A stretch of DNA of 16,543 nt, from the IMG/VR virus record IMGVR_UViG_2534682254_000004. One strand, given 5' to 3'. Position 1 is the stretch's first letter. The number at the start of each line of letters is the position of its first letter. Positions 1-7,970 of this stretch are shown piece after piece. A model generated the notes under the pieces. That model had not been told where the DNA came from. It ran no database searches and saw nothing but the letters and a program-made list of their open reading frames with translations. The translations under genes were made by a program, and so were the position numbers. This stretch comes from a virus (lineage: Duplodnaviria; Heunggongvirae; Uroviricota; Caudoviricetes).

Positions 1-722
1 CCATTCATCACGCGCTGGTCAAATCAGGCATCACACCACAGGAAGTGGATGTGGTTGTCACCCTGCCACTGAGCGAATATTTCGACACAAACGCACAGCC
101 GGACATGGCCAACATCAACCGCAAAAAAGCAAACGTCATGCGCCCGGTGGCGTACCAGAACGGAAAAGCATTCACTATCCGTAACGTACGGGTTATGCCT
201 GAATCCATTCCGGCTGGTTTTAAAGCACTGGCTGACATGAGTCCGTTTGAATCCCTGCTGATTGTGGATTTAGGCGGAACCACGCTGGATGTGGCAAAGG
301 TTCAGGGACAACTGGCAGGTATCAGCCAAGTGTTTTGCGATCCACACGTAGGCGTTTCCCTGATGGCCGATGCCGTACTGTCGGTGATGGCCACTAACGG
401 TATGCGCACCAGTCACCACATCGCCAATACCATTATCGAACATCGCCATGATGAAGCCTGGCTGCGCCAGCACATCCACAATGACGCGCATTACGCCAGC
501 CTGATGGCGGTTATTCGTGAAAAGGAAGAAACACTGAAACAACGCGTGATCCGCGCGCTGGCGGTTTTTTCGGGTTACGGGCGGGTGATGGTTGTCGGTG
601 GCGGGGCGGAGATTGTGGCACCCGCTATCCGCGAAGCCTGCGGAGTTAATGCGACTTTCATCGCGGACGGGGTGCCACAATTTGCTCTGGTTAATGGGCT
701 GTACGCAATGAACAAGGAGTAA
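1..722 (+). CDS. parM: ParM/StbA-family actin-like plasmid segregation ATPase, C-terminal ~240 aa (5' end lies upstream of window)
   Basis: Frame is open from the window edge (codons from nt 3: IHHALVKSGITPQEVDVVVTLPL...), so the M at 45 is internal. Translation carries ParM-type motifs (VMPESIPAG, SLLIVDLGGTTLDV, VMVVGGGAE) roughly colinear with plasmid R1 ParM as recalled from memory. Stop at 720-722. Confidence 0.8.
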   Translation, partial: IHHALVKSGITPQEVDVVVTLPLSEYFDTNAQPDMANINRKKANVMRPVAYQNGKAFTIRNVRVMPESIPAGFKALADMSPFESLLIVDLGGTTLDVAKVQGQLAGISQVFCDPHVGVSLMADAVLSVMATNGMRTSHHIANTIIEHRHDEAWLRQHIHNDAHYASLMAVIREKEETLKQRVIRALAVFSGYGRVMVVGGGAEIVAPAIREACGVNATFIADGVPQFALVNGLYAMNKE

Positions 723-726
723 ACCA

Positions 727-1038
727 ATGACGACACCAACCAGAAGAATAAGTTTCTATCTGAAGCCAGCTGCCGTCAAGAACGAAGGAGAAGCATGCGC
801 CTGGCTGGACAGTCTTACACCAGAAGCCCGCAAAAGCGGCCAACGCGTGGCTTTTCTGGCCGGGCTGGCACTTCTGAAGACGAATCCGGCAGAGGCTTAC
901 CGACTGGCCGCATGGGCTGATGATGAGATGTTACCTGTGACACAAATCAGCTCAAAAAAGTTTGAAGCACAGTCTGCACCAGTGGCTAAGATAACCAGCC
1001 AGATGGCTGGGAATATCCGGGCGTTATTTCCTGAGTAA
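727..1038 (+). CDS. parR: ParR/StbB-like partition adaptor (putative centromere-binding protein), 103 aa
   Basis: Starts 5 nt after the parM stop, the classic parM-parR operon arrangement. Small protein with segments resembling R1 ParR as recalled (RRISFYLKP, LDSLTPEARK, RVAFLAGLAL). Assignment rests on context plus weak motif similarity. Confidence 0.55.
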   Translation: MTTPTRRISFYLKPAAVKNEGEACAWLDSLTPEARKSGQRVAFLAGLALLKTNPAEAYRLAAWADDEMLPVTQISSKKFEAQSAPVAKITSQMAGNIRALFPE

Positions 1039-1166
1039 AAGCATCTGCGCGAAAAATGCTCACGTTTATAGAGACAGTATCATTCCATTTGGCACACTTG
1101 CTTCAATAATCGATCTGTTAAACAAATAGATTGTCTATTATCTATCGATTAAAACGATCAATTATC

Positions 1167-1195
1167 TTGACAGTAATGTGCCTTTTTGTAAGATC
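1167..1195 (+). promoter_or_regulatory. Candidate sigma70 promoter (TTGACA-N16-TAAGAT) bracketed by an 11-bp inverted repeat (caattatcttg 1159-1169 / caagataattg 1213-1223)
   Basis: Perfect -35 hexamer TTGACA at 1167-1172 and a -10-like TAAGAT at 1189-1194. The flanking 11-bp inverted repeat is centred on the -10 region, an operator-like layout. Sequence inspection only. Confidence 0.3.
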
Positions 1196-1243
1196 GTTCG
1201 CATTGTGAGCGACAAGATAATTGCGCGGCATTGTCCATGCAAA

Positions 1244-1273
1244 ACGCCCCAATAGCAGCAACTATTGGGGCGT
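1244..1273 (-). terminator. Perfect 12-bp stem / 6-nt loop hairpin (ACGCCCCAATAG-cagcaa-CTATTGGGGCGT), terminator-like only on the minus strand
   Basis: On the plus strand the stem is followed by aaaactcgg (no U-tract); on the minus strand it is followed by UUU(U)G. Could end a leftward antisense or small transcript. Confidence 0.3.
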
Positions 1274-1300
1274 AAAACTCGGTCGGACTCACTTAACCTG

Positions 1301-1385
1301 ATATGCGTGCCTTCCGAAGTAAATCAAAATGTGCGTCGTATATTTTATTGCTTACACGCACCTCTGTAAAGGCACGCATATTTTT
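1301..1385 (+). promoter_or_regulatory. Structured leader: 13-bp long-range inverted repeat (atatgcgtgcctt 1301-1313 / aaggcacgcatat 1369-1381) enclosing an inner hairpin (gtgcgt 1331-1336 / acgcac 1356-1361), followed by T5
   Basis: Sits immediately upstream of the RBS (GAGG 1391-1394) and GTG start (1403) of the small ORF. Candidate attenuator, sRNA or protein-binding site. Confidence 0.3.
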
Positions 1386-1402
1386 CCTATGAGGTAAATA
1401 AA

Positions 1403-1672
1403 GTGCGGGCTAAAACAGGTATTTGCAAGAACCCTCATCGTTATAATCCAACATTTCTGTCTCTCCCTGAATATCAAGGACAAGAAGGTCGGCACAAATG
1501 CGCTGCCTGTGCTTTTGAGCTAGGCATAAAAGATGCGCTTGAAGGACGCGCTATGGCTCAGAATGATTTAGTTTTAGCTAACATTCCGTTTAGTCAGGCT
1601 GGAACTGTAAGGCACAGAGATGCCTATGAAGCATATGTTCGTGGTTGGCGATTAATACACAGCAACAATTGA
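1403..1672 (+). CDS. Hypothetical small protein (89 aa), Cys/His-containing (C8, H12, H31, C33, C36), GTG start
   Basis: ORF with GAGG RBS 8 nt upstream and a strong intrinsic terminator directly downstream. AT-rich codon usage unlike the phage late genes. I do not recognise a family. Confidence 0.5.
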   Translation: MRAKTGICKNPHRYNPTFLSLPEYQGQEGRHKCAACAFELGIKDALEGRAMAQNDLVLANIPFSQAGTVRHRDAYEAYVRGWRLIHSNN

Positions 1673-1680
1673 TACTTTTG

Positions 1681-1706
1681 AAGCGCCGATAAGGCGCTTT
1701 TTTTGT
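1681..1706 (+). terminator. Rho-independent terminator
   Basis: aagcgcc-gataa-ggcgctt (7-bp GC-rich stem, 5-nt loop) followed by TTTTTT, 9 nt after the ORF stop. Confidence 0.8.
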
Positions 1707-1990
1707 TTGCACGATAGTGCACAAGTTTGCACAATTTTTTTGAACGACTTTTTACCCTTCCGGCCCGCATGGCGGCTGGATCCGTCAAGGATCCGTGCGT
1801 GCACAAAAAAACGCGTTTTTTCTGCGCGCAGGTGACGGGGGAACAGCCCGCGTTTCAGGGGGTAAATAGCATCCCCTGAACGATGTCGCAGCGACACAAC
1901 AGAATGGCTGTATTTCTCACGCTGAGCGTGAAAAAGACGTGAGGGCTTTTGATTTGATGGGGTGGCAGATAAGGCCGTCAAAATCGCACT

Positions 1991-2006
1991 GAGGCGGCGA
2001 GAACAT
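1991..2006. other. Candidate cos (cohesive-end) core, GAGGCGGCGAGAACAT
   Basis: About 150 bp outside the portal gene stop, where cos lies in P2-like genomes. Matches about 12 of 16 positions of the P2/186 cohesive-end sequence as I recall it (GGCGAGGCGGGGAAAGCAC). Surrounding DNA is rich in palindromes. Recollection of the reference is not verified. Confidence 0.3.
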
Positions 2007-2158
2007 GCAGTCAGCGCGATGGGATTGCGTAAGAGCCTGACCGTCGATGATGGCAATAAGCTGGAAGGCGTCGTGAAATTATCTGATTGATACAGGAGCT
2101 GGAGAGTCGGGGCATAAATTTTTTATGCCCCGGCGAAGCAGCAGACAAGCGAAGCGCG

Positions 2159-3205
2159 TCAGGATGTGGGCTGGGTGTCTAACAGTGCGTAAGGGTTAAA
2201 GCGGATCACCTCTTCGCCAAGCCAGTCATTGATGTGCTTCATGGCCTCCATGACGGGCATCAGCTCGTTAATTGCGTAAACCCGCGCGGCCTTCTCCACA
2301 TCACCAAACGCACTTTTTTCGCCCGGCATCGCCCCCATCAGTTGCGGCGGAACGCGGTGCGCAGCCAGCACATCATCACGGGATGCCGCCTTAACATTCA
2401 TGAACTCATCTTTTGCGGTGATCTGCTGGAACGGCAAAATTTGCACCCCCTCTTTGCCCCCGTTGGGCGCATGAATGAGCACGTTTTTAAACGCACCACC
2501 ACCACGTGCCCCCTGTAGCGTTTCTTTCAGGGAGTCCATGCTTTCGCGGTTTACCTGCGCTGCACCGATGTAGATGATGCACCCGGCGTGGGATCCGTTG
2601 TCGTAGTACAGTTTTCTGAACATGTCCGCCGAATGAGAAAGGCTGGCCGAGAGTAATGCGCCAAGATATTCCGGCATGCCGTAGATTTCCTGGTTAATAT
2701 CCGGATTCATCAGGTGGCACACTTTGCCAGGGCGAAACTGGAACGCGTCCTTGCCATCCTGCACATACCACCATGATTCAAGATCGCTTCCGCGTCGCAT
2801 GTATTTCGCCAGGGCGTGCCGTAATTTAAGCGGTTCGCCGAGCATATTGCTTCGAAGCTCAAGGAATGCGTTACCGAACACAAACCAGTCCAGCGCCAGC
2901 GCCGAGAAATCCTGCCGGGAAAGCAGCGGGTGCGGGATGTAGCAACCGAGTAATACATTGCGCTTAAAGTAAAGCGCAGACTGATGCCAGGACGTTTGCC
3001 GGGCAGCTCTTGCCAGGCCGTACCAGTCCACCGGGGTTTCATACCACCGCCCGTTATCAGCACAGTACATATTATCCAGCAGGTCATGCCCGATCAGGCG
3101 ATAAGGCCCATCAAATGTGAATGCACTGAGCGACGATTCTTTCCTGAGCGCATCAGCGAGATCAATGCGTGAACTCATGCGCACTTTTTTATTTTTTCTG
3201 CTCAT
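2159..3205 (-). CDS. Q: Portal protein (P2 gpQ-like), 348 aa
   Basis: Size and position match P2 Q (about 344 aa). Downstream partner of the terminase ATPase gene with a TGATG stop/start overlap. Leftward orientation beside cos as in P2. Confidence 0.9.
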   Translation of the reverse strand: MSRKNKKVRMSSRIDLADALRKESSLSAFTFDGPYRLIGHDLLDNMYCADNGRWYETPVDWYGLARAARQTSWHQSALYFKRNVLLGCYIPHPLLSRQDFSALALDWFVFGNAFLELRSNMLGEPLKLRHALAKYMRRGSDLESWWYVQDGKDAFQFRPGKVCHLMNPDINQEIYGMPEYLGALLSASLSHSADMFRKLYYDNGSHAGCIIYIGAAQVNRESMDSLKETLQGARGGGAFKNVLIHAPNGGKEGVQILPFQQITAKDEFMNVKAASRDDVLAAHRVPPQLMGAMPGEKSAFGDVEKAARVYAINELMPVMEAMKHINDWLGEEVIRFNPYALLDTQPTS

Positions 3206-4956
3206 CAGAACTCCATAACCGTGAAACGCTCGTTTTCTCCTTCGCCGCCAATCGGTTCGTTAATGACAGCAAGCATGGTTGCCCACGCAAGGTCGCCGTG
3301 GCTGATCCCCCTCGCGCGGTCCGTTTCGTAAGTGATAAAGCCGCCCGGTGTTTTCACCTTACGCACGGCGTTAAAGGCTGCGACCAGCTCGCGTTCGGCG
3401 CGATCGTATTCCCACCGCCCGGCGCGCATTATTTGCAGCATTTTCAGTACCAGCGACCGTTTTGATGACAGCGTGAAGGTGTACGGAATAGCAGCAGGGA
3501 AAAACCGTTTCACTATCTGATAAACAGCCTCCCCGTTCCCGCCTGTCACATCAATGCCGATGTGTTCCACGTTGTAGCGACACGTGAACTCTTCAATGAC
3601 TCTGGCCTGTTCTTCAAACTCCAGCCCCTGAACGCGTCGCGTCTCCACCGTTCGAAAACGGCCACCAGGAACAGCCGGAGGAACCACCACGGACACAGCG
3701 CCGCTGTCGCCGTTGCCACTGCTGCCGTTTGCGTCATACCCAATCCATACCGGACGATTCCCCATCGGGCGGGGAGCAAAAGGTTTCCAGTCTTTCCAGT
3801 CGTCGTATCCGTCAACACCACAGCCAATCAGGATATTCAGGTTAAATGCCGATTCCCCTTCGCGGACAAACTCACACATATAAAGATTGAGGAACTCGTC
3901 TTCGGTGTTTTCATCACGAATTTCATCAATATCGGTGTGTTTCCAGCCGTGATTAACCACATCTTCCAGCGTGACAATTTGCCGCCACGTCCGGTCAGGG
4001 CAGATAAGCCCGTTATGCAGCGTTTTCCAGTCCACAGAAAAACGCTGGCGTTTATGCGTGGCCTTTTTCTCGTTCCAGCGGTCGCCGTTCCAGTAGGCGT
4101 ATGCCTCGTGCGTTTCGGTGGATGGCGTGGAGAAGTAGGTGCGCCGCAGTCCGCTGAGGGTTGCCATAGCGCCAGCCACCTTGCGCAGTTCAGCAAAGCG
4201 ACAGACCCAGAAGAATTCATCAAAATAAAAATTGCCCGTATAGGACTGTGCCGACGCAGCAGAAGTGCCGAGAAAATGCAGCTCTGCGCCGTTGGAGAGG
4301 ATGATTTTATCGCCCCCTTTCAGCTCCACATCAACTTCAGCCGCGGCCTTCTGAATAATGCTTTTAAACTGGAACGCCTGACGACGCGACGCAGACAAAA
4401 AAATCTGGTTACGCTGGTAAGGTTGCGCCACATCGTCACGCAGCGCCATCAGCAGCGCTTCCTGTGCAAAATACCAGGTCGCCCCAATCTGTCGGGATTT
4501 CAGGATCATCCTGTTACGTATCCCTGCTTCCCTGCAAAGGGTCAGGGAGTCAAACCAGCCCCGCTGATGCCACTCCAGCCTGCTGATGATTTTTTCCCGC
4601 AGTGCGGCAATCTGTTCCGGCGTGAAATGATTTTTGAGTTTTTTCGCCCGGCCTTTCTTTCCTGCGGCCATCACATCCGGCTGGCCATCATGCAGCTTTT
4701 TAAGCTGCCGGGTCAGCAGGTCTATTTCCTTAAAGTCACCGCCTGTTTTATTCTGTTTTTCAGTAAGCTGGATGAGGCGCGCATCGATGGACTGCGTGAC
4801 ACGCTGCACAGGTGGCGTTTCATCCCACTGGTCGCGTTTTTTCCACGCATAAATCGTGTTCGGGTTTATTCCCATCAGACGTGATATTTCTGCGGGCGGA
4901 TAACCCTGCCAGTAAAGTTGCCGCGCACGCTGGCGCACAAAAGCGTCCTGAATCAT
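3205..4956 (-). CDS. P: Terminase ATPase / large subunit (P2 gpP-like), 583 aa
   Basis: Size matches P2 P (about 590 aa). N-terminal HTH-like segment and canonical position upstream of Q, divergent from the O-N-M-L operon. Confidence 0.9.
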   Translation of the reverse strand: MIQDAFVRQRARQLYWQGYPPAEISRLMGINPNTIYAWKKRDQWDETPPVQRVTQSIDARLIQLTEKQNKTGGDFKEIDLLTRQLKKLHDGQPDVMAAGKKGRAKKLKNHFTPEQIAALREKIISRLEWHQRGWFDSLTLCREAGIRNRMILKSRQIGATWYFAQEALLMALRDDVAQPYQRNQIFLSASRRQAFQFKSIIQKAAAEVDVELKGGDKIILSNGAELHFLGTSAASAQSYTGNFYFDEFFWVCRFAELRKVAGAMATLSGLRRTYFSTPSTETHEAYAYWNGDRWNEKKATHKRQRFSVDWKTLHNGLICPDRTWRQIVTLEDVVNHGWKHTDIDEIRDENTEDEFLNLYMCEFVREGESAFNLNILIGCGVDGYDDWKDWKPFAPRPMGNRPVWIGYDANGSSGNGDSGAVSVVVPPAVPGGRFRTVETRRVQGLEFEEQARVIEEFTCRYNVEHIGIDVTGGNGEAVYQIVKRFFPAAIPYTFTLSSKRSLVLKMLQIMRAGRWEYDRAERELVAAFNAVRKVKTPGGFITYETDRARGISHGDLAWATMLAVINEPIGGEGENERFTVMEF

Positions 4957-5110
4957 TGCTCCCCCTGAGTAATTACAGGAAGATTACCCGCGCGCGAAAC
5001 CGTTCTCCTTAACCCCCTGTTCTGGCTGTTTTCTTACAACAAAAGCCCTTTGTATCAGCCTGTTACGCTTTGCCATCATGACTGAAGAACCAGTCAGAGG
5101 GGCAAAAACT
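4957..5110. promoter_or_regulatory. Divergent late-promoter region between P (leftward) and O (rightward)
   Basis: In P2 the Ogr-activated P and O promoters lie in this intergenic region. Assigned by position only; I could not find a clean TGT-N12-ACA activator site by eye. Confidence 0.4.
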
Positions 5111-5947
5111 ATGGCTAATGAAAAAAAGACATCACGCAAAAAGTTTCGCGTGGCTGTCTCCGGATCAACTGTTGATGGCCGCGAAATCAGCCCGGTACAT
5201 CTGCGTGAAGCCGCCGAGAACTTCAACCCGGATGTTTACGCTGCCCGCGTGAACGTTGAGCACTATCTCTCGCCATGCCCGTCAAGCGAATTTTCCGCAA
5301 TGGGCGATGTCACCGCACTGAGTACGGAAGATATTACGGAAGGCCCGCTGGCCGGACGTACTGCGTTGTATGCAGAAATCGAACCGACCGAGCGCATGAA
5401 GCAGCTTGTCGCTGACGGCAAGAAAATCTATTCCAGTATCGAACTGCACCCGCAGTTCTCCGTTAACGGGCGCGCCTATCTGGTCGGGCTGGCGATGACC
5501 GACACCCCGGCAAGCCTGGGCACTGAGCGCCTGAAATTCACGGCACAGCAACGTCAGGCAGTGATGACGTTCAACAGTGTCCAGGGTGAGGCACCGCTCA
5601 TTTCCGAAGCCATCGAGTCTGAAATCGTCGAAATGGCAGAACAACGCCAGGAAGAAGGCACCCAGTGGTTTAACCGCGTAATGGGGATTATTGGTCGTGG
5701 ACGCAAAGCGGATGACGCCAGTTTCTCCCGTATTCAGGAAGCGGTGGAAGGCGTCGCAACGTCACAGGCCGACATTATCGACCGTTTTAATGTGCTGGAA
5801 ACCCGCCATCAGCAGGACCGCCAGAAAATCACGTCACTGACCACAGAGCTAGCAGCACTGAAGGAAAAACTGCGCACGCAGGACGGCGATCCGCAGAACC
5901 GCTTCACCGCAACGGGCGCAGCCTCCGACCAGCTGGCTGACTTCTGA
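5111..5947 (+). CDS. O: Capsid scaffolding protein (P2 gpO-like)
   Basis: Translation from MANEKKTSRKKFRVAVSGSTVDGREIS aligns with the P2 gpO N-terminus as recalled (MAKKVSKFFRIGVEGDTCDGRVIS) and with the internal YLVGLAMTDTPASLGTE motif. RBS AGAGGGG sits upstream of the ATG at 5111; the ORF track's 5078 start is probably too early. Confidence 0.85.
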   Translation: MANEKKTSRKKFRVAVSGSTVDGREISPVHLREAAENFNPDVYAARVNVEHYLSPCPSSEFSAMGDVTALSTEDITEGPLAGRTALYAEIEPTERMKQLVADGKKIYSSIELHPQFSVNGRAYLVGLAMTDTPASLGTERLKFTAQQRQAVMTFNSVQGEAPLISEAIESEIVEMAEQRQEEGTQWFNRVMGIIGRGRKADDASFSRIQEAVEGVATSQADIIDRFNVLETRHQQDRQKITSLTTELAALKEKLRTQDGDPQNRFTATGAASDQLADF

Positions 5948-5970
5948 TAAGACAAAGGAGCAAATTTTTT

Positions 5971-7023
5971 ATGAATCTGGTGATGTCAGATATTACCCGC
6001 AACAAGCTGGGTTGCTATATGGCGCAGCAGGCGTCGCTTAACAACATCCCGGTATCTGCACTGGTATCGCGATTTACCGTGGAACCCTCGGTGCAGCAGC
6101 GTTTTGAAAACGCAGTAAAGGAGAGCACTGAATTTACAAAAAAAATTAACGTGTTCGGTGTGACCGACCAGAAAGGCGAAAAAATCCTCCTGGACACCAC
6201 CGGGCCGATTGCGCGCACGAATACCAGTTATGACGGCACAAAACGCCGTAACCCGAATAACGTGGTTGATCTGAAAAACCGCAAATATCAGTGCGAACAG
6301 GTGAACTACGACACGTTTATTTCGTATCCGCAGCTTGATGCCTGGGCGGCACACCCTGATTTTCAGTCACGCGTCAGCACACAGATTGCCCGGCAGGTGG
6401 CGCTTGACCGCATCATGATCGGTTTCAACGGCACGTCTCACGCAGATGAGTCCAACTTCAGCACCAACAAGCTGCTTCAGGACGTTAACGTGGGATGGCT
6501 GGAGCACATCAGAACCGACGCCAGCGAGCGCGTAATGAATGACGTGACGCTGACCTCCCGCAACATGGACAACACCGTGGCGCACGCGGGTAAGTATGCG
6601 AACGCTGATGCACTGGTACAGGACGCGCGCTCATCCCTGCTGGATGAATGGCACAAGGAAGCTGACGACCTCGTGGTGATCATGGGGCGCAACCTGTTTA
6701 ACTCGCTGCGTCTGCCCGTGCTGAACAGCATCAGCGGCCAGAATCCCAATGCGGAATTACTTGCCGGACAGCTCATCCTGTCATCGCGCGCCATTGGCGG
6801 ACTGGATGTATTCCTTGCGCCGTTCTTCCCGGATTCAACGATGCTGATCACCTCGTTCAACAACCTGTCGATTTACTGGCAGAAAGGAACAATGCGTCGC
6901 CTGATGAAAGACGAGCCGGAATACAACCGCATCGCCACCTACCAGTCCATCAATGACGCTTATGTCGTTGAAGACTATGGCAAGTGCGCGATGGTCACTG
7001 GCCTGAAGTTCGCCGACAGCTAA
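5971..7023 (+). CDS. N: Major capsid protein (P2 gpN-like), 350 aa
   Basis: Contains FTVEPSV, GEKI and NLSIYW...YVVEDY segments colinear with P2 gpN as recalled. AAAGGAG RBS upstream. Confidence 0.9.
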   Translation: MNLVMSDITRNKLGCYMAQQASLNNIPVSALVSRFTVEPSVQQRFENAVKESTEFTKKINVFGVTDQKGEKILLDTTGPIARTNTSYDGTKRRNPNNVVDLKNRKYQCEQVNYDTFISYPQLDAWAAHPDFQSRVSTQIARQVALDRIMIGFNGTSHADESNFSTNKLLQDVNVGWLEHIRTDASERVMNDVTLTSRNMDNTVAHAGKYANADALVQDARSSLLDEWHKEADDLVVIMGRNLFNSLRLPVLNSISGQNPNAELLAGQLILSSRAIGGLDVFLAPFFPDSTMLITSFNNLSIYWQKGTMRRLMKDEPEYNRIATYQSINDAYVVEDYGKCAMVTGLKFADS

Positions 7024-7068
7024 TCAACTCACGGCGGGCATCATGCCCGCCTGTAACGGAGAGAAAAA

Positions 7069-7869
7069 ATGATTACTCCTGCACAGCAACACTGGCAGAA
7101 CGTGATGGCACAGCGCGCAGGCCGGGCGAAAGAAGGCGTGGACCACGCCGCGCGTACCGCGCATGAAGAGGTGCTGTATCGTCTGCGTCTGGCACAGGCC
7201 CGGCTTAAGGGCGTACAGGCCAGAAGCGCGAAAGCCGCCATCAAAAAAGAGTTGTTGCCGGATTTTTCCGGCTGGATTGAGGGAACGCTGGAGGCTGACG
7301 GCGGGCAGCAGGATGAAGTGATTGCCACGCTGATGGTGTGGGCGATTGACTGTGGCGATCTTCCGCTTGCGCTGCGTATCGGCGCGTATGTGGTCCGTCA
7401 CAACCTCATCATGCCGGATAACTTTGGCCGTACTGCTGCCACGGTACTGACCGAAGAAATCTGTAATCCGGTACTGACGCAGGCCGGGACGGATGCCGAC
7501 GCGGATTTGTCCGCCTTTATCGAACCACTGGACACCCTCCGGGAGATTGTCACCGACCAGGACATGCCGGACGAAGTGCGCGCCAAATTATGCAAAGCGT
7601 GCGCCTTTGTCCGCCGTGGCCTGAGTGATGCGGACAGCATGGCCCTGTCACTGAAGCTGCTGCGCGAAGCAATGCACCTGAACCCGAACGCAGGTGTGAA
7701 ACGCGAGATTGCAACCCTTTCCCGCGCCCTGAAAAAAGCCGATTCCGCAGCCGCACCAGAAGACGCCAGCACACCGCAGGCGCAGGACGAAAGCAGCAAA
7801 AGTAAAAAGACAACGCGGAAGCCTGCAACACGAAAAACCACCGCGACGCAGAAGGCGAAGCGCGGTTAA
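7069..7869 (+). CDS. M: Terminase endonuclease / small subunit (P2 gpM-like), 266 aa
   Basis: Motifs KKELLPDFSGWIEG, MPDNFGRT and MPDEVRAKLCKA match P2 gpM as recalled. Basic Lys/Arg-rich C-terminus. Confidence 0.85.
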   Translation: MITPAQQHWQNVMAQRAGRAKEGVDHAARTAHEEVLYRLRLAQARLKGVQARSAKAAIKKELLPDFSGWIEGTLEADGGQQDEVIATLMVWAIDCGDLPLALRIGAYVVRHNLIMPDNFGRTAATVLTEEICNPVLTQAGTDADADLSAFIEPLDTLREIVTDQDMPDEVRAKLCKACAFVRRGLSDADSMALSLKLLREAMHLNPNAGVKREIATLSRALKKADSAAAPEDASTPQAQDESSKSKKTTRKPATRKTTATQKAKRG

Positions 7870-7970
7870 CGACTGACCCCGTCAGCGGGCGGCGTGCGCG
7901 GTGTTCCGGTTTGACTCCGTGACCGTTTACACCGCGCACCCACCGCCCGATTTTTTCAGGAGTGAACCCC

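Noticed and set aside
45-722. ATG at 45 as the parM start codon
   Set aside because: The frame is open to the window edge and the upstream codons continue the ParM-like sequence, so the gene is truncated by the window, not a 225-aa protein.
1057-1110. 17-codon ORF (MLTFIETVSFHLAHLLQ) as a possible Hok-like toxin peptide
   Set aside because: Too short, with no RBS and no recognisable toxin features. Likely a chance ORF in AT-rich DNA.
1700-1830. Possible CRISPR-like or iteron array (repeated gtttgcac and ggatccgt, palindromes)
   Set aside because: Only two copies of each short motif, with irregular spacing and no repeat-spacer periodicity. More consistent with packaging or terminase recognition symmetry near cos.
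1652-2056. 134-aa minus-strand ORF spanning the terminator and the cos-like region
   Set aside because: It overlaps the strong plus-strand terminator and multiple palindromes, has no RBS, and lies where P2-like phages have a non-coding cos region.
1-2158. Interpretation of the left 2 kb as host chromosome flanking a prophage end
   Set aside because: In P2-like prophages the attachment site is near int, far from Q, and cos with the region beyond it is internal to the prophage. DNA next to Q/cos is therefore expected to be phage accessory DNA, unless the element is a rearranged remnant, which cannot be excluded from this window.
3562-4884. 440-aa ORF on the plus strand inside the terminase ATPase gene
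   Set aside because: It is fully antisense to a well-supported 583-aa gene with clear phage terminase context, and its translation is Arg/Pro-rich and low-complexity, typical of a GC-rich antisense frame. The same applies to 7550-8149 (-), 7398-7841 (-), 8049-8480 (-), 12354-12740 (-), 12859-13413 (-) and 14099-14551 (-).
4957-5110. Ogr-type activator site (TGT-N12-ACA) for the divergent late promoters
   Set aside because: I looked for TGT-N12-ACA and found only TGT/ACA pairs with other spacings (e.g. 5018-5038 with N15). The region is kept as a positional promoter call only.
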